Virus record (IMG/VR): IMGVR_UViG_3300037462_000125
Location: 1-24,059 of that record
Origin: a virus
Taxonomy: Duplodnaviria; Caudoviricetes
DNA: 24,059 bases
Direction: 5' to 3' (one strand)
The translations under genes and the position numbers were made by a program. Position 1 is the first letter of the stretch. Each line of letters begins with the position of its first letter. Shown one piece after another: positions 8,747 to 16,954 of this stretch. Under the pieces are notes generated by a model. That model ran no database searches. It was not told where the DNA came from and was given only the letters and a program-made list of their open reading frames with translations.

Positions 8747-9553
8747 ATGACCACAGAAACCACGCAAGCCGCGTCCCCGCAGGACACCTCCGCTGAGTCG
8801 GCATCAGCAGCGCAGGCCGAAGCGCCCAAAGAAACGGCCGGGCAAGTAGAGCAGCCCGAAGCGCCCAAGGCAGAGGACGGCGACAAGCCGAATCCAACGC
8901 CGAAGGGGGTGCAAAAGCGGTTGGATGAGTTGCGCCGCCAAGCAGGCGATGCGCAGCGGATGAACGAGCGGCTACTCGCCTTGATGGAAAAGACCCTCAC
9001 GCGAGGGGAAGTTCCGAAGGTCGAGGTTAGCGGTCCACCGAAGCGCGAGGACTTCGAGAGCTACGAGGCGTATCTGGAAGCCAAGGCTGACTTCCGCATC
9101 GCTGAACAGCTCAAGAACCTCGAATCCAAGGTGGAACAGGTGCGGCAGCAGGAAGCCGTACTGCGACGGGAACAGACGTGGGAGCAGCGGCAGCAGCAGG
9201 CCGCCAAGAAGTACGAGGACTTCGCGGATGTCGCGCTGGCTGACGACCTGGCAATCACGCCGGTCATGGCCGAGGCGATGAAGGACTCGGACCTTGGCCC
9301 GGATGTCGCTTACTACCTCGGCAAGAACCCCGACGAGGCCGAACGTATCGCCAAGCTCAACCCCGCAGCTCAGGTGCGCGAGATCGGAAAGATCGAAGCG
9401 CGATTGGAGTTGAAGCCCACAAAGCAGCCGTCGAAAGCGCCGCCGCCGATTGAGCCGCTGGGCGGAGGCAAAGGCGGCAGCGAGCCGGACCTGTCTCGTA
9501 TGTCCCAAGCGGAATACGAGGCGCACCGGAAGAAGTGGGCTTCGCGGTTCTGA
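8747..9553 (+). CDS. Capsid scaffolding protein
   Basis: Acidic disordered N-terminus, KGVQKRLDEL, coiled coil, GPDVAYYLGKNPDEAERIAKL and C-terminal MSQAEYEAHR; immediately upstream of the coat gene. Confidence 0.85.
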   Translation: MTTETTQAASPQDTSAESASAAQAEAPKETAGQVEQPEAPKAEDGDKPNPTPKGVQKRLDELRRQAGDAQRMNERLLALMEKTLTRGEVPKVEVSGPPKREDFESYEAYLEAKADFRIAEQLKNLESKVEQVRQQEAVLRREQTWEQRQQQAAKKYEDFADVALADDLAITPVMAEAMKDSDLGPDVAYYLGKNPDEAERIAKLNPAAQVREIGKIEARLELKPTKQPSKAPPPIEPLGGGKGGSEPDLSRMSQAEYEAHRKKWASRF

Positions 9554-9567
9554 CCTGCGGATAGGAC

Positions 9568-10797
9568 ATGGCTACCAACACCCTTGCAGTTACCAGCGTT
9601 GTCGCTAAAGAGTGCCTGGCGATCCTCAAGAACATGCTCACCTTCTCGAAGGGCGTGAATCGCTCTTACGAGGCTGAGTACAACAGCAACATGGCGCGCG
9701 GCTACGAGACCGGCGCGACCATCAACATCCGCCGCCCGCCGCGCTTCACCTACCGTACCGGCCGCGTGGCGTCGCCGCAGAACACCGTGTTCTCGACTGT
9801 GCCGCTGACGCTGGCGCAAGGCGGCGCGGACATGCAGTTCTCGTCGTTCGAGCGCACGCTGAGCATCAGCAACCCGAACATCCAGAAGGTGCTGCAAGCC
9901 GGCGTCGCCACCATCGCGAACCGGATCGACCTTGACGGCCTCGCGCTGGCGCGTACTGCGGTGGCGAATCAGGTGTCGGTGAACAGCACGACCCTTGTGC
10001 AGCCGGCGACGCAGGCCGAAGCCTTGGCGCTGGCGACCGGCGCCGGCCGCGTCCTGGACGACAACGCCGCGCCGCGCGACGGCAACCGGCAGCTTGTGCT
10101 GTCGCCGGGCCTGAACGCGGCGATGGTGCAGGGTCTCGCGGGCCTGTTCAATCAGGCCAGCGCGATCGGTAAGCAGTATGGCGTCGGCATGATGGTCGAT
10201 TCGCTCGGCTTCAACGTCGGCATGGACCAGAACACCGCGCGTCACACGAACGGCGCGGCGGTGGCGTCCAACATCAACGGCGCGGGCCAGACCGGCTCCA
10301 CCATCACCGTTGTCGCGACCACGGGCGGCACGTTGACGGCCGGCACCATCATCACGCTGCCCGGCGTGTTCGATGTCAACCCGCAGTCGCGCCAGAGCAC
10401 CGGCCGGCTGAAGCAGTTTGTCGTCACCGCCGATGCGGCGCTGGGCGCGACCTCGATCAACATCAGCCCGGCCATCGTGACCACGGGCGCGTTCCAGAAC
10501 GCCTCGGCGTCGCCGACCACGGGGCAGCCGTTCGTGATTGTCGGCAACGCCTCGGTCGGCTACGACACGTCGGTTGCCTTCCACCGCGACGCCTTCACCC
10601 TGGCGATGGTGCCGCTGCAGACCCCGCCCGCCGGCACCGGCATCAATGCCGCGACCGCTTCGGACGACGGCTTCACGGTGCGCGTGATCGACTACTACGA
10701 CGGGACCAATGACCTGTCGAACATCCGTCTTGACGTGCTGTATGGCTGGGCCGCCACCTACCCGGAGCTGGCCTGCCGGATCGGCACCACGGGCTAA
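9568..10797 (+). CDS. Major capsid protein, P22 coat (gp5)-like
   Basis: GATINIRRPPRF, MDQN, AFHRDAFTLAMVPL and RLDVLYGWAATYPELACRI; AGGA SD. Confidence 0.93.
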   Translation: MATNTLAVTSVVAKECLAILKNMLTFSKGVNRSYEAEYNSNMARGYETGATINIRRPPRFTYRTGRVASPQNTVFSTVPLTLAQGGADMQFSSFERTLSISNPNIQKVLQAGVATIANRIDLDGLALARTAVANQVSVNSTTLVQPATQAEALALATGAGRVLDDNAAPRDGNRQLVLSPGLNAAMVQGLAGLFNQASAIGKQYGVGMMVDSLGFNVGMDQNTARHTNGAAVASNINGAGQTGSTITVVATTGGTLTAGTIITLPGVFDVNPQSRQSTGRLKQFVVTADAALGATSINISPAIVTTGAFQNASASPTTGQPFVIVGNASVGYDTSVAFHRDAFTLAMVPLQTPPAGTGINAATASDDGFTVRVIDYYDGTNDLSNIRLDVLYGWAATYPELACRIGTTG

Positions 10798-10824
10798 CGC
10801 AGCCTCCCTTGGTGGTTGAGACTC

Positions 10825-10852
10825 GGGGCGGCTTCGTGCCGCCCCTTTTTTT
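10825..10852 (+). terminator. Rho-independent terminator after the coat gene
   Basis: GGGGCGGC-TTCGT-GCCGCCCC followed by T7. Confidence 0.9.
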
Positions 10853-10863
10853 GAGGGGATGAC

Positions 10864-11592
10864 ATGGCTGCAACCCGCACGGTCCGCGATCTGCTGACGC
10901 GATCGATGCGCGTGGCGCAGATTCTCGGCGCGGGCGATCCGATGGACGCCAACGACGCCGACGACGCGCTGCTGTCCGTCAATCAGATGCTCGACGCGTG
11001 GCAGGCAGAGCGCCTGTACTGCTATGCCATTCAAGAGGTCACGCACGCGCTGACCGCGGGCATCGGCACGTACACCATCGGGCCTGCCGGGACCATTGCG
11101 ATTGCCGTGCGGCCGGTCAGAGTCGAATACGCGTTCACGCGCGACGCGACGGGCTTTGACCGCCTGTGCGAGGTCGTTCCGTGGGAGCAGTGGTCCGCGA
11201 TCGCCATCAAGGGCCTCGGGAACGACTACCCGTCGGCGCTGTACTACCAGCCGGCGTATCCGCTCGGTTCGATCAACCTGTGGCAGGAACCGCTCGCGGA
11301 TTTGACGCTGCATCTTGGCGTGTGGACGCAGCTGAGCGAGTTTGCGTCGCTCGATGCAGTGCCGGCGCTTCCGCCCGGCTATGAGGACGCGATTGTGTTC
11401 TCGCTGGCCGAACGGCTCTGCCCGGAATACGGCAAGGAGCCGTACGCAGCGCTGGTCAAGATGGCGCAGCAGGCGCGCGCGAACATCCAACAGAACAACC
11501 TGGGATCGCCTTCGATCGGGTGCGAGTTTCAGTCGGTCGATTACCGGTCGGGCCTCGTGCCGGCGTGGGTCTATCGCTCGGGGCTTTTCTGA
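10864..11592 (+). CDS. Head-to-tail adaptor (P22 gp4-like)
   Basis: DALLSVNQMLDAW and LPPGYEDAIVFSLAERLCPEYG; synteny after the coat gene. Confidence 0.75.
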   Translation: MAATRTVRDLLTRSMRVAQILGAGDPMDANDADDALLSVNQMLDAWQAERLYCYAIQEVTHALTAGIGTYTIGPAGTIAIAVRPVRVEYAFTRDATGFDRLCEVVPWEQWSAIAIKGLGNDYPSALYYQPAYPLGSINLWQEPLADLTLHLGVWTQLSEFASLDAVPALPPGYEDAIVFSLAERLCPEYGKEPYAALVKMAQQARANIQQNNLGSPSIGCEFQSVDYRSGLVPAWVYRSGLF

Positions 11593-13049
11593 TGCGCGTC
11601 CCGTTTCGGGGCTTCGTCGGGCCCGCCTACAAGGCCGCAAGCTGGAAAGCGTCGGCGCAGCGTTGCGTGAACCTGTATGCCGAGAGCGATCCCGAGAAAG
11701 GCATGGTGCTGTATGGCACGCCGGGGCATTCTCAGATCGCTACGGTGGGCGCTGCGCCTGTTCTGGCGGCTGAGACGACGCCAAGCGGCCTGTTCATCGT
11801 CACCGCAGACGGCGCGTACTTCGCGACCGGGTATCAGAACGGCGCGCTGACCGGACTGACGACGCTGGCCTCGGTCGGCTCGGCCTACGCGGTGATCGCG
11901 CAGGGCGGCGATCAAGTGATGTTCGTCAACGGCAATCAAGGCTTCGCCTACAACCGCACGACGGGCGTCTTCAGCACGATCACTGACGCTGCGTTCCCGG
12001 CGAATCCGGTGTCGTGCGCGTTCCTTGATGGCTTCTTCATCGTGCACGGCCCGGATTCGGACGTGTTTCAGTGGTCCGATCCGTTCAATCCGCTGGTGTG
12101 GCCGGCGCTTGATTTCGCCTCTGCCGAGAACCTGAACGACAAGCTGCAGCGGGCGATCACGCTTGAGCGCGAGTTGTACCTGATCGGCGCGCAATCGACG
12201 GAGATTTGGGCGTCTACCGGCGGCACGGATGTCTTTGACCGCATCGCCGGGACATACATCCCGTATGGCACCGTCGCGCCGCTGTCGGCGGCGACGCTCG
12301 GCGGGTCGCTGATGTGGCTAGCACAGGACGCCAATGGCGGTGCGCTGGTGATGCAAGCGCGCGGCCTGCAGGCGTCGCGCATCAGCACGCACGCACTAGA
12401 GCGAGAGATCGCCGGCTACTTGGCGATCGAGGGCGCGTGGGCGTTCGGCTATCAGCAGCGCGGGCACTTGTTTTATGTGCTGACGTTCCCGACCGCCGGT
12501 CGGACATGGGTCTATGACTTATCGACCCAGCTATGGGCGGAGCGCAGTTCGCAGGTGCCCGACCCGACGCAGCTTGACCAGTTGGCGCCCATCTCGCGCG
12601 TGCCTTCGTACTGGCGCCCACGGTGCCATGCGTACTTCGCTGGCGTCAACATCGTCGGCGACTCGCGCGGCCCGAGCCTGTCGCTGCTGTCGGAGGACGT
12701 GTACAGCGAGAACGGCGTAGACATCATCCGCGTGCGCGCGACACCGCATCTTGTCGATCGAGACGAAGAGCGGTCGATCAGCGCGCTGGAAATCACGTTT
12801 CAGCCAGGCGTCGGCAATGGCAGCGGCGTCGGGCCATCGGATAACCCGGTCGCTATGCTGAGGATGAGCCGCGACGGTGGACAGACCTTCGGCCCGCAGC
12901 GAAGCGTTGCCATCGGTCGGCAAGGCGACTATCTCACGCGCGCCCTGTTCAATCGCTTGGGCCGTTCGCGCGACTTCGTTGCCGAGGTCAGCATCAGCGC
13001 GCAGGTGCCGATCGCAATCGGCGGCGCGTTTATCGACGTGAGCCGATGA
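11592..13049 (+). CDS. Packaged-DNA stabilisation / tail hub protein (P22 gp10-like)
   Basis: Start re-called to ATG 11592 (TGATG overlap). QRCVNLY, LDGFFI, DFASAE, GHLFYVLTFP and MLRMSRDGGQTFG. Confidence 0.85.
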   Translation: MRVPFRGFVGPAYKAASWKASAQRCVNLYAESDPEKGMVLYGTPGHSQIATVGAAPVLAAETTPSGLFIVTADGAYFATGYQNGALTGLTTLASVGSAYAVIAQGGDQVMFVNGNQGFAYNRTTGVFSTITDAAFPANPVSCAFLDGFFIVHGPDSDVFQWSDPFNPLVWPALDFASAENLNDKLQRAITLERELYLIGAQSTEIWASTGGTDVFDRIAGTYIPYGTVAPLSAATLGGSLMWLAQDANGGALVMQARGLQASRISTHALEREIAGYLAIEGAWAFGYQQRGHLFYVLTFPTAGRTWVYDLSTQLWAERSSQVPDPTQLDQLAPISRVPSYWRPRCHAYFAGVNIVGDSRGPSLSLLSEDVYSENGVDIIRVRATPHLVDRDEERSISALEITFQPGVGNGSGVGPSDNPVAMLRMSRDGGQTFGPQRSVAIGRQGDYLTRALFNRLGRSRDFVAEVSISAQVPIAIGGAFIDVSR

Positions 13050-14341
13050 ATCCGCGCATTCCACAGATTGATACACCGTTTGTAACGGACGACGGATCGC
13101 CAAACGCAACTTGGTTTCGATACTTTCTAGAGCTGCAAAAGTCGATCCCTGCGGGCGGCATCCCGGACGCCCCGCAGGACGGCACGACCTATGGCCGCAG
13201 GGACGGCGCGTGGACGCAGGTGGGCGGCGCGCGAGTCGACCTCGGCTACACGCCAGCGGCGACACAAGGCACCGTCACGAATTCAGCGGGCGACGATGCG
13301 GTGCTCCCTCGATTCACGGAAGCCGCGGCTGGCCTCGTGCCCGCGCCGATCACGCCCGGCACGACGCGATTCCTGCGCGAGGATGGAACGTGGCAGGCCG
13401 TAGGTGGAGGCGGCGGCGTTCAGGTCGACGTGTTCACTGCGAACGGCACATGGAACAAGCCCGTGGGCGCGCAGCTCGTCCGCGCGATCTGCGTCGGTGG
13501 TGGCGGAGGCGGAGGCAGTGGCGGCCACTTGCCGGGGGGGCCCAGCGCAGGCGCCGGAGGCGGTGGAAGTGGCGGCGGCGGTGCGCTCCGGGACTGGACG
13601 ATGGATGCCGTGACCGTCCCTAGCTCGGTCGCGATTACTGTCGGCGCCGGGGGCACGGGCGGCGCGCGAGCCAATACGCTGGTCGGGAACCCTGGCACTG
13701 CGGGCGGCGCTTCGTCGTTCGGGTCGCTCTTGATCGCGTATGGCGGTGGCGCAGGAGGCGCCGGTCAAAACACGACCGTAGGCGGTGGAGGGGGGGGCGG
13801 CCTGCTCGGCGCCGGTCAGAATGGAACGGTAGGGAACAACGGCGTCGGCGGTCTGGGGGGAGGCGGCAACGCCGGGGAAACGAACCCGACGATGGTTGTG
13901 GGGGGCGGGAGCGGCGGATGGCGCGGAGCGCCGGATGTGTCTGGCGGCTCGTCCGCGCCAGCGCTATTCGGCCCTCAGGGAGGCGGCAGCGGCGGCGCCG
14001 GCCGGCCCATTGCGTCCATGAATGCGGGCGGCGCGGCCTACGAGTTCGGCAAGAACACGCCGACCGTCGCGGGCGGCACATCAACTGGCGGCAGTGTTCC
14101 GATCACGAATGGGGCTTCTGTGGCCGGGATCGCGCCGTCTCTGTGCGGCGCGGGCGGCGGCGGCGGCGGCGGCGGCCAACTGAGCGGTACCGGCCTTGAC
14201 AACGCTGGCGATGGCGGCGCTGGACAGCAGCCGGGCGGTGGCGGTGGCGGTGGCGGCGGCGTCGGCGGCAACTTCGGCGGGTTCTCCGGCGCCGGTGGCA
14301 ACGGCGGCGACGGCATCGTGGTCGTCATGAGCTATTCCTAA
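13046..14341 (+). CDS. Glycine-rich tail fibre or needle-like protein
   Basis: N-terminal TWFRYF, DAPQDGTTYGRRDGAW linker motif and Gly-rich C-terminal domain (VFTANGTWNKP...GGNGGDGIVVV). Confidence 0.7.
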   Translation: MNPRIPQIDTPFVTDDGSPNATWFRYFLELQKSIPAGGIPDAPQDGTTYGRRDGAWTQVGGARVDLGYTPAATQGTVTNSAGDDAVLPRFTEAAAGLVPAPITPGTTRFLREDGTWQAVGGGGGVQVDVFTANGTWNKPVGAQLVRAICVGGGGGGGSGGHLPGGPSAGAGGGGSGGGGALRDWTMDAVTVPSSVAITVGAGGTGGARANTLVGNPGTAGGASSFGSLLIAYGGGAGGAGQNTTVGGGGGGGLLGAGQNGTVGNNGVGGLGGGGNAGETNPTMVVGGGSGGWRGAPDVSGGSSAPALFGPQGGGSGGAGRPIASMNAGGAAYEFGKNTPTVAGGTSTGGSVPITNGASVAGIAPSLCGAGGGGGGGGQLSGTGLDNAGDGGAGQQPGGGGGGGGGVGGNFGGFSGAGGNGGDGIVVVMSYS

Positions 14342-14459
14342 CAGTCTATCTGTCGGCGGCAGGCGATAGCTTCCGCCTAAAATGCGCGCCAGCCGCTCGC
14401 CCCGCGGCTAGCTGAGTGACCGGAGCTCGCCAGCGGCTCGTGCTTGTAGGAGAAGCGCG

Positions 14460-14537
14460 ATGTCCGCTGTCGCAGAGCCCGAGGTTCAAGCACCGCCGAT
14501 TCCGCTCGCCATGAGGCCACGAGTGTCTAGCCGATAA
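14460..14537 (+). CDS. Possible 25-aa peptide or gene remnant (MSAVAEPEVQAPPIPLAMRPRVSSR)
   Basis: AGGAGA SD before ATG 14460, TAAAAT -10-like hexamer at 14378, N-terminus similar to the downstream gene. Confidence 0.35.
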   Translation: MSAVAEPEVQAPPIPLAMRPRVSSR

Positions 14538-14577
14538 ATCGGCCTTCTCTGCCCGTGCGGCGCGCGACATTCGGCGC
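14528..14577 (+). promoter_or_regulatory. Putative late promoter 3, probably leaderless mRNA
   Basis: TAGCCGATAAATCGGCC at 14528-14544, GACATT at 14566, ATG 6 nt later with no SD. Confidence 0.6.
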
Positions 14578-15033
14578 ATGCACGCGGTTGCAGAGCCTCC
14601 CCTAGCCGACGATTCCGTGCCGACGCTTGAGCAGGTGCGGCGCTTGGAATCCGAGATGAAGGCGTTGCCGCCCGCCATGTTGGCGGATATCGACGCCTTG
14701 ACTCGGCACAACTTCGCGCCGGGCGTCTATGCGCGCGAGATGTTCCTGCCGGCCGGGATGTGCGTTGTCGGAAAGATGCACGCGCGCGAGCACTTCATGG
14801 TCATGTTTGGCGATGCATCCGTCTGGACGGACGAGGGCGTCAAGCGCCTGCAGGGCTTCCATCTGATCCGCACGATGCCGGGCACAAAGCGCGTTGGCTA
14901 CGCGCACGCCGACACGATCTTCGTCACCTTCCATCACAACCCGACCGATACGCAAGACCTTGAGGTGATCGAGGCCGAGCACATCGTGCCGCAGGCGCTT
15001 GAGTGCGAGCGCGCGAAGGAGTTGATCCAATGA
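14578..15033 (+). CDS. Cupin-like conserved phage protein preceding the ejection genes
   Basis: HNFAPGVYAREMFLPAG, VGKMHAREH and PGTKRVGYAHADT. Confidence 0.7.
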   Translation: MHAVAEPPLADDSVPTLEQVRRLESEMKALPPAMLADIDALTRHNFAPGVYAREMFLPAGMCVVGKMHAREHFMVMFGDASVWTDEGVKRLQGFHLIRTMPGTKRVGYAHADTIFVTFHHNPTDTQDLEVIEAEHIVPQALECERAKELIQ

Positions 15034-15749
15034 CCTGGGGCGCAGTAGCGGGGGCCGCAATCGGCGTGGTCGGCGGTGCGCTGTCGTCAAGCTCTGCGGC
15101 GAAGAAGCAGCAGCAAGCCGCGAACGAGGCGAACCGCATTCAGTGGGAGATGTTCCAGCAGCAGCGCGCGGACCACGCGCCGTGGCGTGAAGCCGGACAG
15201 CGCGCGCTCGGCGGTCTTGAAGAATTCATGCGCGGCGACGGCGGCCGTCGCTTCACGATGGCCGACTACGAAGCCGACCCCGGCTACGCGTTTCGCTTGC
15301 GCGAGGGCGAGAGCGCCATCAACCGCAACGCGCTAGCGCGCGGCCGCTTCAACTCCGGGTCCGTGCTGAAAGCCTTGCAGGGCTACAACAGCGACCTTGC
15401 ATCGCAAGAGTTCGGCAACGCGTTCAACCGTTGGCAGTCGCAAAACGACACGAAATTTAACCGGCTCGGCGCGATTGCCGGCATCGGCCAGACCGCGACC
15501 AATCAGACGCAGGCTGCGAGCATCAACGCCGGCAATGCGATGGCTGGCAATGTCATCGGCGTCGGCAATGCGGCCGCCGCAGGCCGCATCGGCGTCGGCA
15601 ACGCGATCATGGGCGGCATCGGGCAGGGCATCAACTGGTGGCAGTCGCAGCGCGCCATGAACGCCCTGCGCCAGCCGGGGGCCGGCAGCGGTTACGGCGG
15701 ATGGGGCGGCAGCTATGTGCCGCCCGCCGCGGGCGATGACGGGAGCTGA
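15030..15749 (+). CDS. DNA ejection / internal virion protein (P22 gp7-like)
   Basis: Start ATG 15030 after AAGGAG. Gly/Ala hydrophobic N-terminus, PWREAG, DPGYAFRL and LASQEFGNAFNR. Confidence 0.75.
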   Translation: MTWGAVAGAAIGVVGGALSSSSAAKKQQQAANEANRIQWEMFQQQRADHAPWREAGQRALGGLEEFMRGDGGRRFTMADYEADPGYAFRLREGESAINRNALARGRFNSGSVLKALQGYNSDLASQEFGNAFNRWQSQNDTKFNRLGAIAGIGQTATNQTQAASINAGNAMAGNVIGVGNAAAAGRIGVGNAIMGGIGQGINWWQSQRAMNALRQPGAGSGYGGWGGSYVPPAAGDDGS

Positions 15750-15751
15750 GC

Positions 15752-16954
15752 GTGGCGCAGATTGACGCCTCGATTCCGCTCGCGGTTCGTCTGCCGCAGA
15801 TCCGCGACCCGATGGAGGTCTACGGCAACGCGCTGGCGCTGCAAAGCGCGCAGCAGCGCAACGCGCTGGTTGCGCGGCAGATGCAGGCTGACGAGGAAGC
15901 GCGCGCCTCTGCGATGGCGGATGAAGCCGCGATGCGTGAATACCTGCGGATGGGCGGTGGTGAGCGCAACCTGAACGCGCTTGCCAATCGTCCGCGCGCC
16001 TTCGCGGCCGAGCAGAAACGCATCATCGATGCAGAAAAAGAGCGGGCCGAGACCGACAGCAAGCGCGCCACCACGCGTAAGACCGACAGCGAGACGCGCA
16101 TCAAGCAAGCCGAGCGTGCGGCGCAGATGCTGCGCAGTGCGAACGATCAGGCCACATGGACGCTTGTGCGGGACGCGATCGGCCGCGAAGCGGGCCCGGA
16201 TGTCTTGGCGAACATCCCGCAGCAGTTCAACCGGCAGATGCGCGACGCGATGCTGCAAGCGACGCTCACTGAGGCAGAGCGCTTGCGCGACGAAACCACG
16301 CGCCGCAGTCAGGACATGACGGATGCGCGCACCCGCTCGGAAGGTGCGGCCAATCGCGCTGTGACGATTCGCGGGCAGGACAAGTTGGACGCGCGGGCGC
16401 GCGAGGAGGGCGCACTTAATCGCGCCGCGCAGGCCGGGAAGGTCAACGAAAAGCCGCCGACCGAAGGGCAAGCAAAGGCGGTTTTGTTTGGCTCTCGCAT
16501 GACCGAGGCCGATAAGGTGATCCGCGACTTGAGCGGTCGCGGCGTCATGACGGGAAGCCTTATCAAGCAAGGCGTCGAGAGCATCCCACTCATCGGCGGC
16601 GGTCTTGGCATGGTGGCAAATACGACCGTGGCAAGCGCGGATCAGCAGCAAGTCGAGCAGGCGCAACGCGACTTTATCAATGCAGTGCTTCGCCGCGAGT
16701 CGGGCGCGGTTATCGCAGACAGCGAGTTTGCAAACGCTCGGCAGCAATACTTCCCGCAGCCTGGCGACTCGCCGGCCGTCATCGCGCAGAAGGCGCGCAA
16801 CCGGCAAACCGCAATCGAGGGGATGAAGGTCGAGGCCGGCCAACACTGGCGCGATGTCAGTGGGACGACGCAAGGGACGCGACCGATGCCGAGATCGTCG
16901 GAGGCGCCGCCTGCGCCGCAGGGCAGCGGCTTCCGTCTGCTCGGGGTTGAGTAA
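15752..16954 (+). CDS. DNA ejection protein (gp20 position)
   Basis: Helical A/Q/R-rich protein with FINAVLRRESGAVI and YFPQPGD; synteny. Confidence 0.6.
   Translation: MAQIDASIPLAVRLPQIRDPMEVYGNALALQSAQQRNALVARQMQADEEARASAMADEAAMREYLRMGGGERNLNALANRPRAFAAEQKRIIDAEKERAETDSKRATTRKTDSETRIKQAERAAQMLRSANDQATWTLVRDAIGREAGPDVLANIPQQFNRQMRDAMLQATLTEAERLRDETTRRSQDMTDARTRSEGAANRAVTIRGQDKLDARAREEGALNRAAQAGKVNEKPPTEGQAKAVLFGSRMTEADKVIRDLSGRGVMTGSLIKQGVESIPLIGGGLGMVANTTVASADQQQVEQAQRDFINAVLRRESGAVIADSEFANARQQYFPQPGDSPAVIAQKARNRQTAIEGMKVEAGQHWRDVSGTTQGTRPMPRSSEAPPAPQGSGFRLLGVE

Noticed and set aside
9370-11640. Long antisense ORFs (also 6908-8557, 16642-18237, 5851-7188)
   Set aside because: Shadow frames of high-GC + strand genes with Arg-rich nonsense composition.
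13534-14180. G homopolymers and GGC repeats as phase-variation tracts
   Set aside because: Explained by poly-Gly coding; the frame is intact.
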